DNA from: Candidatus Woesebacteria bacterium
GTDB lineage: Bacteria > Patescibacteriota > Microgenomatia > UBA8517
Reading direction: 5' to 3'
DNA length: 40,759 nucleotides
Assembly (NCBI GenBank): GCA_016926185.1
Contig: JAFGPD010000027.1
Location: forward strand, 1 to 40,759
Shown here: in pieces, positions 9,264-17,798 of the stretch
How the letters are laid out: every line of letters starts with the position of its first letter
Numbering within the stretch: the first letter of the stretch is position 1
The notes under the pieces: model-generated
Databases searched by the model: none
Seen by the model: the letters and a program-made list of their open reading frames with translations, nothing else
What the model was told of the DNA's origin: nothing
Made by a program: the position numbers and the translations under genes

Positions 9264-10544
9264 ATGCTAAATGATATCAAACAATTTTTTGGGAAAGCAT
9301 TTAAATCTCCTGAGATAAGAAAAAAACTTCTTATAACTGCAGGAATTTTAATTGTTTTTCGTCTGATGGCCCACATTCCTGCTGCTGGGATTGATAGAGT
9401 TTCACTTCAAAGGTTATTTTCTGGTAACGCACTCCTTTCACTTTTAGATGTGTTTTCCGGAGGAACATTAGCGAATTTTTCAATAATGGCCTTAGGTCTC
9501 ACACCTTATATAAACGCGTCAATAATTATCCAACTAATGACCTATGTGATCCCATCCCTGGAGGAACTTTCAAAAGAAGGTGAGTATGGCCAAGAAAAGA
9601 TGAATCAATATACTCGTTATATTACAGTTCCTCTGGCGATACTACAGTCATTCGGCATGTACACACTTTTGAAAAGTCAAGGAATTATCAGTAGTTTATC
9701 TGCTCTTCCTTTAATTGCACTTTTAATTACAATGACAACAGGATCTGTATTGGCAGTATGGTTTGGAGACTTGATAGAAGAATATGGTATAGGAAACGGC
9801 ACATCAACCTTAATATTTGCTGGTATAGTATCACGTCTTCCCGTTACGGTAAGCCAGTCTCTTATTACAATCTCCTCTCAGGATTATCTAAAAATTGCAA
9901 TATTTTTAGCAGTAGCGCTCATGATAATTGGACTTATTGTTTTTATGAATGAAGCGACAAGACAGGTTCCGATCAATTATGCTCGAAGGTTAGGGAGACA
10001 AACTTTAGGTGCTTCTTATCTTCCGCTTAGGCTGAACCAGGCTGGGGTTATTCCTATAATATTTGCAGTATCACTTGTTCTTATGCCTTCTTTGATCAGT
10101 CAGTTTTTGGCAAATGCACCAAACTTAAAAGTAGCCCAAATTGCCACCAAAATTGCTACATCTTTTAATCCACAATCCTTTTCGTATAACTTAGTTTATT
10201 TTCTTTTGGTTTTTGGATTTACATATTTTTATACTTCCGTTGTGTTCAATCCGGAAAAGATCGCGGAAAATCTGCAAAAGTCAGGAGGTTATATTCCCGG
10301 AATAAGGCCGGGAAAACAGACTGAGGAATATCTTACTGCAATATTAAATAGAATTACACTTGCCGGTGCTGCTTTTCTTGGTTTTATTGCGATACTTCCT
10401 TCGTTTTTCCAAAACGCTATCGGAGTGCAAAATCTGGCAATTGGCGGGACCGGAATCTTGATCGTTGTCTCGGTGGTTTTAGAACTTACACGTGACATGG
10501 AAGCACAACTTGTGATGAAAAGATACGACAGGTTTATTAGATAA
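9264..10544 (+). CDS. secY: Preprotein translocase subunit SecY
   Basis: ALGLTPYINASII, GIGNGTS, IPGIRPG, GGTGILIVV; multiple TM segments. Confidence 0.98.
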   Translation: MLNDIKQFFGKAFKSPEIRKKLLITAGILIVFRLMAHIPAAGIDRVSLQRLFSGNALLSLLDVFSGGTLANFSIMALGLTPYINASIIIQLMTYVIPSLEELSKEGEYGQEKMNQYTRYITVPLAILQSFGMYTLLKSQGIISSLSALPLIALLITMTTGSVLAVWFGDLIEEYGIGNGTSTLIFAGIVSRLPVTVSQSLITISSQDYLKIAIFLAVALMIIGLIVFMNEATRQVPINYARRLGRQTLGASYLPLRLNQAGVIPIIFAVSLVLMPSLISQFLANAPNLKVAQIATKIATSFNPQSFSYNLVYFLLVFGFTYFYTSVVFNPEKIAENLQKSGGYIPGIRPGKQTEEYLTAILNRITLAGAAFLGFIAILPSFFQNAIGVQNLAIGGTGILIVVSVVLELTRDMEAQLVMKRYDRFIR

Positions 10545-10548
10545 AAAT

Positions 10549-11199
10549 ATGAACTATATAATTATGGGGCCTCAAGGTTCCGGAAAAGGTACACAGGCTA
10601 AAATAATTGCGGAAAAGCTTGGGCTTTTCCATATGGAAAGTGGAAAAATGCTTCGGGTTATGGCAAAAACTGACAAAAGAATAAGGAATATGGTAAAAAA
10701 AGGACTGCTTGTTCCAGACCGGGAGACAATAAATTATATTGAAAAACATTTAACAGATAACAATGCCGGATTTGATAATTTGATATTTGATGGCTACCCA
10801 AGAACCTTAAGTCAATTTGAGCTACTTGTTAAATGGTTGAGATCTAAAGGTAAAGATATTGATTATATTATCTTTCTCAATGTCAGTGAGGATGAGTCTG
10901 TGAAAAGACTTTCCTCAAGAAGAACTTGTAGTAAGTGTGGTGAAGTATACAACTTGATTACTAATCCTCCATCAAAGCAAAATGCCTGTAATTGTGGAGG
11001 AGAGTTATTCCAAAGGGAAGATGACAAGCCAGATACTATAAGAAAGAGGTTAAATATTTTTAATAGTCAAACTAAGCCAATAATTGAAAAAGTAAGGGAA
11101 GATGGTAAGTTGATAGAAGTTGACGGTGAAAGGGATATAGATGTAATTTCTAATGATATTATTGCACGTTTAAAGGAGAAGAATGTCCGGCACAATTAA
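10549..11199 (+). CDS. adk: Adenylate kinase (Zn-binding LID)
   Basis: GPQGSGKGTQA P-loop, DGYPR, CSKC...CNCG, QREDD. Confidence 0.97.
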   Translation: MNYIIMGPQGSGKGTQAKIIAEKLGLFHMESGKMLRVMAKTDKRIRNMVKKGLLVPDRETINYIEKHLTDNNAGFDNLIFDGYPRTLSQFELLVKWLRSKGKDIDYIIFLNVSEDESVKRLSSRRTCSKCGEVYNLITNPPSKQNACNCGGELFQREDDKPDTIRKRLNIFNSQTKPIIEKVREDGKLIEVDGERDIDVISNDIIARLKEKNVRHN

Positions 11200-11941
11200 A
11201 CCTAAAAATAAGACCGATCAGAAAAAAATGATCGAGAGTGGAAAGAGGCTGTCTTACGTTAAAAATAGACTTAAAGAGGCTGTAAAGATAGGGGTGTCGG
11301 CTAAGCAGATAGAAGACCTGGCTGTTAAGCTGATCAAAAAAGAAGAGGGAAAGGCTTCGTTTAAAATGGTCCCGAACTACGATTGGGCAACCTGTATAAA
11401 CGTTAATGAAGGGATTGTGCATGGCATCCCCAAAAAAGAGATAGTCTTTCAAAAGGGTGATGTAGTTAGTGTTGATGTAGGAATATATTATGATGGTTTT
11501 CATACTGATACATCCTTTACTCTTGGGTTGGAAGTAGATGAAAAGACAGAGAAATTCCTAGAGATTGGGGAAAAGACGTTAAATAGTGCGATTGAGAAAG
11601 CCAAACCTGGAAATAGAATATATGATATATCAAAATCTATTGAGGACATGTTGAAAAAAAGTGGATACACACCTATAAAAGCACTTGTTGGACATGGGAT
11701 AGGCAGGCAGTTGCACGAGGAGCCTCAGATACCTTGTTATACATCGGGTGAATACAAAGATAGTCCGGTAATACCTGACGGAGCCTGTATGGCAATAGAG
11801 GTTATGTATAGTTTTGGAAGTGAAAAGCTAGTATTAGATGAGGATGGGTGGACAATTGTGACCAGTGATGGTAAAATATCAGCACTTTTTGAGGATACTG
11901 TAATTGCTGCCAAAGGAGGCACGAGAGTGTTAACCGCGTGA
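11183..11941 (+). CDS. map: Methionine aminopeptidase type I
   Basis: CINVNEGIVHGIP, GHGIG..LHEEP. Confidence 0.97.
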   Translation: MSGTIKPKNKTDQKKMIESGKRLSYVKNRLKEAVKIGVSAKQIEDLAVKLIKKEEGKASFKMVPNYDWATCINVNEGIVHGIPKKEIVFQKGDVVSVDVGIYYDGFHTDTSFTLGLEVDEKTEKFLEIGEKTLNSAIEKAKPGNRIYDISKSIEDMLKKSGYTPIKALVGHGIGRQLHEEPQIPCYTSGEYKDSPVIPDGACMAIEVMYSFGSEKLVLDEDGWTIVTSDGKISALFEDTVIAAKGGTRVLTA

Positions 11942-11956
11942 GAACGTGGGTTTTTT
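11934..11956 (+). terminator. Intrinsic terminator overlapping map stop codon
   Basis: CCGCGT-GAGA-ACGTGG then G and 6 T; GNRA loop. Confidence 0.55.
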
Positions 11957-11971
11957 GTGGTTTAAAAAATT

Positions 11972-12205
11972 ATGAAAAAAGAGGATACAAAGATCGTTGA
12001 AGGAGAGGTGCTGGAAGCCCTTCCTAATACAATGTTTAAAGTAAAACTTGACGATCATAGCAATGTCGTTGCAACCCTAAAAGGAAAGCTTCGAAGAAGT
12101 TATGTCAGGATCTTTCCGGGTGATCGAGTAAAGATAGAAATGACAAAGTATGATCGAGAAAGAGGAAGGATAGTTTTTAAGTTCAAATCAAAAAAGAGAA
12201 GATAA
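11972..12205 (+). CDS. infA: Translation initiation factor IF-1
   Basis: [24 protein letters not shown]. Confidence 0.97.
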   Translation: MKKEDTKIVEGEVLEALPNTMFKVKLDDHSNVVATLKGKLRRSYVRIFPGDRVKIEMTKYDRERGRIVFKFKSKKRR

Positions 12206-12206
12206 C

Positions 12207-12320
12207 ATGAAAGTACAAAGTTCAGTTAAAAAAAGATGCAAAGACTGCAAAATCGTAAGGAGAAAAGGTAAGATTTATGTTATTTGCAAAAACCCTCGTC
12301 ACAAGCAGAGACAAGGTTGA
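12207..12320 (+). CDS. rpmJ: 50S ribosomal protein L36 (absent from ORF track)
   Basis: Manual translation [37 protein letters not shown]. Confidence 0.98.
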   Translation: MKVQSSVKKRCKDCKIVRRKGKIYVICKNPRHKQRQG

Positions 12321-12365
12321 TCCTTAAGTTTTTTCATGAAAGGGTATTAAAGATATTAATAAAAT

Positions 12366-12779
12366 ATGCCAAGAATAGCAGGAGTAGATCTAAAAGATGA
12401 GTGGAATGTAGACTATGCCTTAACCAACATTAAAGGTATAGGTTGGTCGCGTTCAAAAAAGATATTAAATGAACTTAAAATCGAGAACAAGAAGAAAGTT
12501 GGTAAACTTACTAATGATGACATAAAAAACATTGCATCAAAGTTGGAAGCTGTTCCAACAGAAGGGGAACTGGTCAGACAAGTCAGGGCAGACATTCAAA
12601 GGCTTAAAGTTACAGGAACCTATAGAGGTGTGAGACATTCCAGGAACTTGCCTGTAAGGGGACAAAGGACTAGAAGCAATTCTAGAACAAAAAGAGGTAA
12701 GAGAAAAACTGTAGGAGCATTTAGAAAAGAAGCTTTGACAAAGATGCAGCAACAGACAAAGACAAAGTCTGACGAATAA
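12366..12779 (+). CDS. rpsM: 30S ribosomal protein S13
   Basis: RIAGVDL, YRGVRH..NLPVRGQRT. Confidence 0.98.
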   Translation: MPRIAGVDLKDEWNVDYALTNIKGIGWSRSKKILNELKIENKKKVGKLTNDDIKNIASKLEAVPTEGELVRQVRADIQRLKVTGTYRGVRHSRNLPVRGQRTRSNSRTKRGKRKTVGAFRKEALTKMQQQTKTKSDE

Positions 12780-12785
12780 AATAAT

Positions 12786-13184
12786 ATGGCAACAAGTGTT
12801 AAAAAAATAAATACGAAAAGTAAAGCAAAAAAGAAGGTTGAAATTGGAAGGATCTATATTTCAGCTTCATTCAATAATACCTTGGTGAATATTACCGATG
12901 AGGAAGGAAATACTTTGGTTTGGGGATCCGCAGGAGCCTCTGGTTTTAAGGGTACGAGAAAATCTACACCTTATGCGGCAACTACTGCAGTGGAAAAAGT
13001 CGTACAGGAGGCCAAGGATAATTTGGGACTTAAAGAAGTGGAAGTATTTGTTAAAGGTCCTGGGCCTGGAAGAGATGCTTCCTTGAGAGCAATAAAGGCA
13101 GGCGGTTTGAAAATATCGGCAATTTCAGACCTTACACCAATGCCACATAACGGACCGAGACCTAAAAAGAAAAGGAGAGTATAA
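12786..13184 (+). CDS. rpsK: 30S ribosomal protein S11
   Basis: SFNNT, GFKGTRKSTPYAA, TPMPHNG. Confidence 0.98.
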   Translation: MATSVKKINTKSKAKKKVEIGRIYISASFNNTLVNITDEEGNTLVWGSAGASGFKGTRKSTPYAATTAVEKVVQEAKDNLGLKEVEVFVKGPGPGRDASLRAIKAGGLKISAISDLTPMPHNGPRPKKKRRV

Positions 13185-13198
13185 ATAGATTTAAAAAA

Positions 13199-13795
13199 AT
13201 GGCAAGACAAGCAGGACCAAAAGATAGATTAAGCAGACGTGAAGGGTTTGACCTATTTGGTAAAGGTGCAAAATTGACACGACTTACTGTGCCACCAGGA
13301 ATGCATGGACCAAAAGGCACAAGAAGGAAGTCTCAATATAACATGCAGTTGAGGGAAAAGCAGAAAGTCAAAAGAATGTATGGAGTTATGGAAAGACAAT
13401 TCAAAAATTATATTGAAAAGGCATTTAAGTCCAAGGGTAACACTGGCGAGAGCCTTTTGTCACTTTTGGAAAGAAGACTTGATAATGTGATATTCAGATT
13501 GGGATTTGCCACAACCAGACCAGCAGCAAGACAGCTCGTGTCACATAAACATGTGTTGATTGATGGTAAGAAAGTAAACATCCCTTCTTATAGCGTAAAA
13601 GTTGGGCAGACAATAACTATTACCAAAAAGGCTCAGGAAATACCTGCAGTTAGAAAACAATTACAGGAAGATGTTAACTTGCCATCTTGGCTTAGGAGAA
13701 AAGCTATCGCAGGAAATATTAAGAAACTACCTACAATAAATGATATTGCAGAACCAATTTCTATTCAGGATATTGTTGAGTTTTATTCTAGATAG
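13199..13795 (+). CDS. rpsD: 30S ribosomal protein S4 (no Zn cysteines)
   Basis: QLREKQK, LERRLDNV, ARQLVSH, IVEFYSR. Confidence 0.98.
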   Translation: MARQAGPKDRLSRREGFDLFGKGAKLTRLTVPPGMHGPKGTRRKSQYNMQLREKQKVKRMYGVMERQFKNYIEKAFKSKGNTGESLLSLLERRLDNVIFRLGFATTRPAARQLVSHKHVLIDGKKVNIPSYSVKVGQTITITKKAQEIPAVRKQLQEDVNLPSWLRRKAIAGNIKKLPTINDIAEPISIQDIVEFYSR

Positions 13796-13816
13796 TTTGT
13801 AAGGAGGTGATTTTTT

Positions 13817-14731
13817 ATGGAAGATATTTTATTTGAAACAATAACAGAAAAAGAAAAAGACGGATACGCCAAATTTGTTATTACACCATTACCCCAGGGA
13901 TATGGAGTGACATTGGGAAACTCTCTCAGAAGAGTTCTTTTGTCAAGTTTGCCAGGGGCAGTAATAACCACAGCAAGAATTTCAGGAGTAAAGCACCAAT
14001 TTTCATCTTTGAAGGGCATGAAAGAGGATGTTGTAGAACTTATTTTGAATTTGAAGAAAGTCAGATTTGTTTATGATGGAGACAAGCCAGTTAAAGCGTC
14101 AATTAAAGCGGAAGGTCCTGGAGAAGTACTGGCAAAAGATATTCAAGTAGAGTCTACAGTTAAACTGGTCAATCCTGATCAGCCTATTGCTGTACTTTCA
14201 AAGGATGCAAAACTTTCAGCTAAGTTTGAAATAGAGTCGGGTATTGGATATTCACCAGCAGATGACAGGGCTACCGGTGAGGTCGGTCTTATACCTTTGG
14301 ATGCCTCATTCTCGCCAATAACAAGAGTGAACTATAAAGTTGAGGAAACCCGTGTTGGGAGACTGACAAACTACGATAAGCTGACTTTGGAAGTATGGAC
14401 GGATGGAAGTGTTACACCCAAGGATGCTTTGAAGAAATCTTCTGAAATACTGATATCTTACTTTAAACAGATTGTGAACCCAAAAAAGGTTGAAAAAGAA
14501 GAAAAGGAAAAGGAAGATGGACTAGGTCCAGAGGGAAAACTTTCAGTTGAGGAAATAAGTCTACCTACTCGTGTTGCTAATGCTTTGGTAAAAGCAGGAT
14601 ACGAAACAGTAGAAGATCTCGTTTATGCAAAAAAGGAGGACTTAGTTAAGGTGAGAAATCTAGGTGAAAAATCCGTTAAGATCATTGAAGCTGCACTTGG
14701 AGAGAAAGATCTTGAGTTTAAGGAGGAGTGA
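13817..14731 (+). CDS. rpoA: RNA polymerase alpha subunit
   Basis: GYGVTLGNSLRRVLLSS, DASFSPI, RNLGEKS; SD AAGGAGGTGA at 13801. Confidence 0.98.
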   Translation: MEDILFETITEKEKDGYAKFVITPLPQGYGVTLGNSLRRVLLSSLPGAVITTARISGVKHQFSSLKGMKEDVVELILNLKKVRFVYDGDKPVKASIKAEGPGEVLAKDIQVESTVKLVNPDQPIAVLSKDAKLSAKFEIESGIGYSPADDRATGEVGLIPLDASFSPITRVNYKVEETRVGRLTNYDKLTLEVWTDGSVTPKDALKKSSEILISYFKQIVNPKKVEKEEKEKEDGLGPEGKLSVEEISLPTRVANALVKAGYETVEDLVYAKKEDLVKVRNLGEKSVKIIEAALGEKDLEFKEE

Positions 14732-14735
14732 ATTT

Positions 14736-15170
14736 ATGAAAAAACGTAAAATTGGAATTAAACTCTCAAGAGGTCAAGCAGCTCGCAAGGCTCTTTTTAG
14801 ATCGCTAATAGGGGCTTTGGTTGAGCGTGGATCTATTGAGACCACTGAAACAAAGGCTAAAGCCATTGAGGGTAAAATTGCCAAATTAGTAATATCAGCA
14901 AAGAACGATAATGTTACCAGTAGAAGGAAGATCTATTCTTTTTTTGGCAATAACAGAAAGATCACCGATGAGCTTTTTGATATTGTCAAGAAAAATTTTT
15001 CCAAAAGAAACGCTGGTTTCACAAGGATCGTGAAGTTGCCGACAAGAAGAGGTGATGGAGCTCGAATGGTAAATATCGAGTGGGTCAAAGATAAAACCAC
15101 TTTGGAAAAAGAGCCAAAAAAAGAAAAACAGGTCAAAAATGTCAGAAAGCAGATTAAAAGTAAAAAATAG
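14736..15170 (+). CDS. rplQ: 50S ribosomal protein L17
   Basis: Start moved to ATG 14736 after SD AAGGAGG; IETTETKAK, GFTRIVK..RRGDGA. Confidence 0.96.
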   Translation: MKKRKIGIKLSRGQAARKALFRSLIGALVERGSIETTETKAKAIEGKIAKLVISAKNDNVTSRRKIYSFFGNNRKITDELFDIVKKNFSKRNAGFTRIVKLPTRRGDGARMVNIEWVKDKTTLEKEPKKEKQVKNVRKQIKSKK

Positions 15171-15179
15171 ATCTTAATT

Positions 15180-15617
15180 ATGAAGACTTATCAAACCAAA
15201 TCAAAGGATATTAAAAGATATTGGCATCTTGTGGATGTTGATGGGAAAGTATTGGGCAGAGTTGCAACTCAAATTGCTCAGCTTCTCATGGGTAAATACA
15301 AAAAAGATTATGTTAATAATTATGACATGGGAGATTATGTTGTGGTGATTAACGCCTCAAAGGTCGAAGTTACGGGCAGAAAAAAAGATCAAAAAGTATA
15401 CTACAGACATTCAGGTTATCCCGGAAATCTCAAAGAGATCACATTTAAAAAATATCTAGAGGACGATCCGGGGAAGATCATTGAAATTGCAGTATCGGGT
15501 ATGCTTCCTAAAAACCGTTTGCACAAAAAAAGAATGTCTAGATTGAAAACTTTTTCTGGTAACGACCATATTTATGAAGACAAATTCGTAAAAGCGAAAA
15601 AAAACAAAAAAGAGTAA
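15180..15617 (+). CDS. rplM: 50S ribosomal protein L13
   Basis: LGRVATQIA, GDYVVVINA, YYRHSGYPG, GMLPKN. Confidence 0.98.
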   Translation: MKTYQTKSKDIKRYWHLVDVDGKVLGRVATQIAQLLMGKYKKDYVNNYDMGDYVVVINASKVEVTGRKKDQKVYYRHSGYPGNLKEITFKKYLEDDPGKIIEIAVSGMLPKNRLHKKRMSRLKTFSGNDHIYEDKFVKAKKNKKE

Positions 15618-15628
15618 AATAGCATATT

Positions 15629-16042
15629 ATGCCAAAGAAGAAAAACAAAAAAGACTATACATATGCGGTAGGTCGAAGGAGATCTGCTTCCGCCAGGGTA
15701 AGACTTTTTAGAGGAAAAGGAGAGAGCACTGTTAATGGCAAACCTGCAGACAAATATTTTGTTGGTTCAATAATTGAGAATAAATGGAAAAAACCCTTTA
15801 TGGTTATTGATGAAGTAGATAAATATTACTTCACTGCAAAGGTAACAGGTGGTGGTAAACAAGGACAGTTGAATGCGGTTTTGCTGGGAGTCTCCAGAGC
15901 TTTGTCAAAGCTTGAAGAAGAAAAGTATAGAATTCCGCTCAAAAAGGCAGGTCTTTTAACAAGGGATTCCCGTGTTAGGGAACGAAGAAAAGTGGGAACC
16001 GGAGGAAAGGCGAGAAGGAAGAAGCAGTCTCCAAAACGATAA
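15629..16042 (+). CDS. rpsI: 30S ribosomal protein S9
   Basis: GRRRSASARV, GLLTRDSRVRERRK, QSPKR. Confidence 0.98.
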   Translation: MPKKKNKKDYTYAVGRRRSASARVRLFRGKGESTVNGKPADKYFVGSIIENKWKKPFMVIDEVDKYYFTAKVTGGGKQGQLNAVLLGVSRALSKLEEEKYRIPLKKAGLLTRDSRVRERRKVGTGGKARRKKQSPKR

Positions 16043-16089
16043 AATACTTGCACAGTATTTACTTCAGAAAAATCCAACAATTTTTATAA

Positions 16090-17073
16090 TTAACTTTTTG
16101 CGGAGAAAAATAATACTCCCGAGAGAAGAATTGCCAAGGATCCTGCAAAGAAGTAGATCAATGTATAATTTTCAATTCCGGAATCTGGTAATTGTGCTGT
16201 TGTGGGGATATTGGTAGGTGTTGTCAGATTCTGAGCTATCAATGCAGACGTTGGTGTTGGGGTGGGTGTAGATGTTGGTTCAGTCACGCCCCCAACTCCA
16301 CTTCCAGTAGTAGGTGTAGGACTGCTGGTAGGTGTTTTAGTAGGAGAAGGTGTATTGGTTGGAAGAGTAGTACCTCCTATTCCTGGATCATCAGTGGGAG
16401 TGGCTGAAGGGGTAGGTGTTGCTGATGGGGTGGGTGTTGATGTAGATACTGCTGCAGGTACTTCGTTAGTTGTGGGAGTGGGTGTAAGGGTTGTAATAGG
16501 TTCAGATGATCGTACTGTAATTGTGATTGGAGTAGTGGATGCAAGAACATTAGTTGTATCGGATGCATCGCTGACTAGTGTTTGTGCTTTGTACTTTACG
16601 CCATTCAGAAAATATTCTTGTGATGTGGTATAGGATAATGTTGTAGTACCTTCCTTAAGCGCAGTAAAAGTAATGTTTGCAGCTGTTCCTGAACCCTGAA
16701 CAGGAGTTGATCCAATTGGCAGTGAAATTGCAAAATCAATTAAATTTTCGTTCGGTAATATTTTAGGTTCTGTAAGATTGGAATTAGTACCTAGAAAGTT
16801 ACTTTTAGTAACATTATCTGCCTGCAATATTTCAGGATCGTAAGTAATGGCAAATTGTATTCCTGTGATTTGATTTTCTCCTGAATTTGCCTGTAATGAA
16901 ACCACAAAAGTTTCACCTATATTAACTGTTTGATCTGGTGTCTGAAATGACAGGGTGGTTGCTGGTGCCGCCTTCTCTCTGAATTCAGTAGATTCTCCAA
17001 CCAGATAAATTCCTGCTGCAACACCTCCAACTAAAATTATTAAAGTAATTATAGGTATTATCCATTTTTTCAT
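16090..17073 (-). CDS. Cohesin-domain surface protein with Thr/Pro linker and LPXTG-like (LPDSG) C-terminal anchor
   Basis: N-terminal TM; 'GETFVVSL...ITGIQFAITYDPEILQ...GTAANITFTALKEGTTTLSY' cohesin pattern; TP repeats; LPDSG followed by hydrophobic segment. Confidence 0.8.
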   Translation of the reverse strand: MKKWIIPIITLIILVGGVAAGIYLVGESTEFREKAAPATTLSFQTPDQTVNIGETFVVSLQANSGENQITGIQFAITYDPEILQADNVTKSNFLGTNSNLTEPKILPNENLIDFAISLPIGSTPVQGSGTAANITFTALKEGTTTLSYTTSQEYFLNGVKYKAQTLVSDASDTTNVLASTTPITITVRSSEPITTLTPTPTTNEVPAAVSTSTPTPSATPTPSATPTDDPGIGGTTLPTNTPSPTKTPTSSPTPTTGSGVGGVTEPTSTPTPTPTSALIAQNLTTPTNIPTTAQLPDSGIENYTLIYFFAGSLAILLSGVLFFSAKS

Positions 17074-17101
17074 ATATTACATTATTACATTTCTTATATA
17101 A

Positions 17102-17125
17102 AAACTCCAAACTATTTTGGAGTTT
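17102..17125. terminator. Inverted repeat between cohesin genes, likely terminator
   Basis: AAACTCCAAA-ctat-TTTGGAGTTT. Confidence 0.5.
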
Positions 17126-17178
17126 ACAGAAAAAATTTCTTAAATTTGTGATAGTGTCAACAACTATTTAAAATAGGT

Positions 17179-17787
17179 TTATTCTACAGAAATTATCAGA
17201 GGTGAACCCTTCATAGATACTCCCACTACGGTTCCATCTTCTTCCGCGAAAGCGTACATTGACTTATTGGAGTCAATTTCTATTTCTGTATCTGTACTAG
17301 ACGATGTAAAGGTGATCTTTGCTATTTGAGATTCTCCTGTTACCTCTTTGTAAAAACCTTGTCCGACAGAGTAATTTACGATTCCATTTTCATTATCAAT
17401 CTCTTTTTGAAGAATATTTTCTCCCGTCCAGAGATTTCCGGGTTCAATGTCATTCACTTGTATACTTGAAGGATCAAATTCCAGAACCAGAGTAAAAGCC
17501 ACTGGTGCAGGGTCAGGTAAAATGTCAAAGGATAGTGTTGAAGTGTGTTGCTGATTTTGATTCAGGTCTAACTCAGTTACTAAAAAGCTTACCTGGACAT
17601 TATCAGGAGTTACATTCTGTGATTTATTATTATTTGTGTTTTGTACAGAATAACCGTTATTTACATCATAATTATTTGTTCTTGGTTGTTCCTGAATTGA
17701 AACCCTATTTCTAAGAAGCAGAAATATCCCTAATGAAAATAAGGCAAGAAAAACTGCTATTAATATAATGTATTTTTTACTCTTCAT
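17179..17787 (-). CDS. Membrane-anchored cohesin-domain protein
   Basis: N-terminal TM, Asn-rich linker, 'AFTLVLEFDPSSIQVNDIEPG...IDNENGIVNY...IAKITF'. Confidence 0.75.
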   Translation of the reverse strand: MKSKKYIILIAVFLALFSLGIFLLLRNRVSIQEQPRTNNYDVNNGYSVQNTNNNKSQNVTPDNVQVSFLVTELDLNQNQQHTSTLSFDILPDPAPVAFTLVLEFDPSSIQVNDIEPGNLWTGENILQKEIDNENGIVNYSVGQGFYKEVTGESQIAKITFTSSSTDTEIEIDSNKSMYAFAEEDGTVVGVSMKGSPLIISVE

Positions 17788-17798
17788 TCTTGAGCGTC

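Noticed and set aside
211-15136. Many antisense and alternate-frame ORFs over r-protein genes
   Set aside because: Shadows of conserved genes with Phe/Leu/Ser-biased composition
16190-16640. GT-rich repeats and plus-strand Val/Gly ORFs (also 18421-19122)
   Set aside because: Antisense of Thr/Pro linkers; not CRISPR or independent genes
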